Source: Pseudogymnoascus verrucosus
Taxonomy: Eukaryota
Strand: one strand, 5' to 3'
DNA: 64,000 bases
NCBI GenBank assembly: GCA_001662655.1
Contig: KV460211.1
This document shows, piece by piece, positions 63,762-64,000 of this stretch (its first letter is position 1; each line of letters opens with the position of its first letter). The notes beneath the pieces were generated by a model. It made no database searches and was not told the DNA's origin. It worked only from the letters and a program-made list of their open reading frames with translations. The position numbers were made by a program, and so were the translations under genes.

Positions 63762-64000
63762 ATGTCGCCTCCAAACTCGGAAACTGCGCAGTCCCCCAGC
63801 CATATCAGTCCTATGCTTCAGCTTCCCCCTGAAATTATCAAGATAATCGTTAATCAGGTTCCTAATAGCACTATAAAAAATCTGCGCCTCACCTGCCGTT
63901 TTTACTTAGAAATAGTAGCTCTATAGCTTAATCGCGTTTTCATCTCTACGAACTTACGTAATGTAGAAGTATTTACTACTATTACTAACTATAAGGTCTT
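63762..64000 (+). pseudogene. F-box-like gene with premature stop, RIP-like (runs off the window)
   Basis: MSPP...MLQLPPEIIKIIVNQVPNSTIKNLRLTCRFY...AL*LNRVFISTNLRNVEVF. In-frame TAG at 63924 within TpA-rich sequence. Confidence 0.6.

Noticed and set aside
39000..64000. Secondary-metabolite biosynthetic cluster
   Set aside because: No PKS, NRPS, terpene synthase, DMATS or repetitive RiPP precursor was seen in the window.

Overview
Eukaryotic DNA from a filamentous ascomycete (GT-AG introns with CTRAC branch sites, Zn2Cys6 regulators, dispersed 5S rRNA, RIP-like CpA>TpA damage). By eye the window has three parts. (1) 1-9.7 kb is a compact five-gene acyl-CoA/dicarboxylate catabolic cluster: acyl-CoA dehydrogenase, acetoacetyl-CoA synthetase, mitochondrial dicarboxylate carrier, glutaryl-CoA dehydrogenase and 3-oxoacid CoA-transferase. 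(2) 10.6-38 kb holds GC-rich core genes: Bmt6-like methyltransferase, GH72 glucanosyltransferase, Ark1/Prk1-family kinase, Mot1, a DUF3074 protein and two hypotheticals. (3) From about 38.5 kb, starting at a broken and RIP-mutated 5S rRNA copy, there is an accessory-looking region. It contains three transcription factors, DJ-1/PfpI, two MFS transporters, ribokinase, an intact 5S gene, and integrase, HET and F-box relics. It also has a divergent pair of secreted proteins (an uncharacterised Ig/PKD-like protein and a bilirubin-oxidase-type multicopper oxidase) whose shared promoter carries a 40-bp x3 repeat and ten PacC-consensus sites. Product calls come from recognising motifs by eye, with no database search. 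Gene coordinates include introns.
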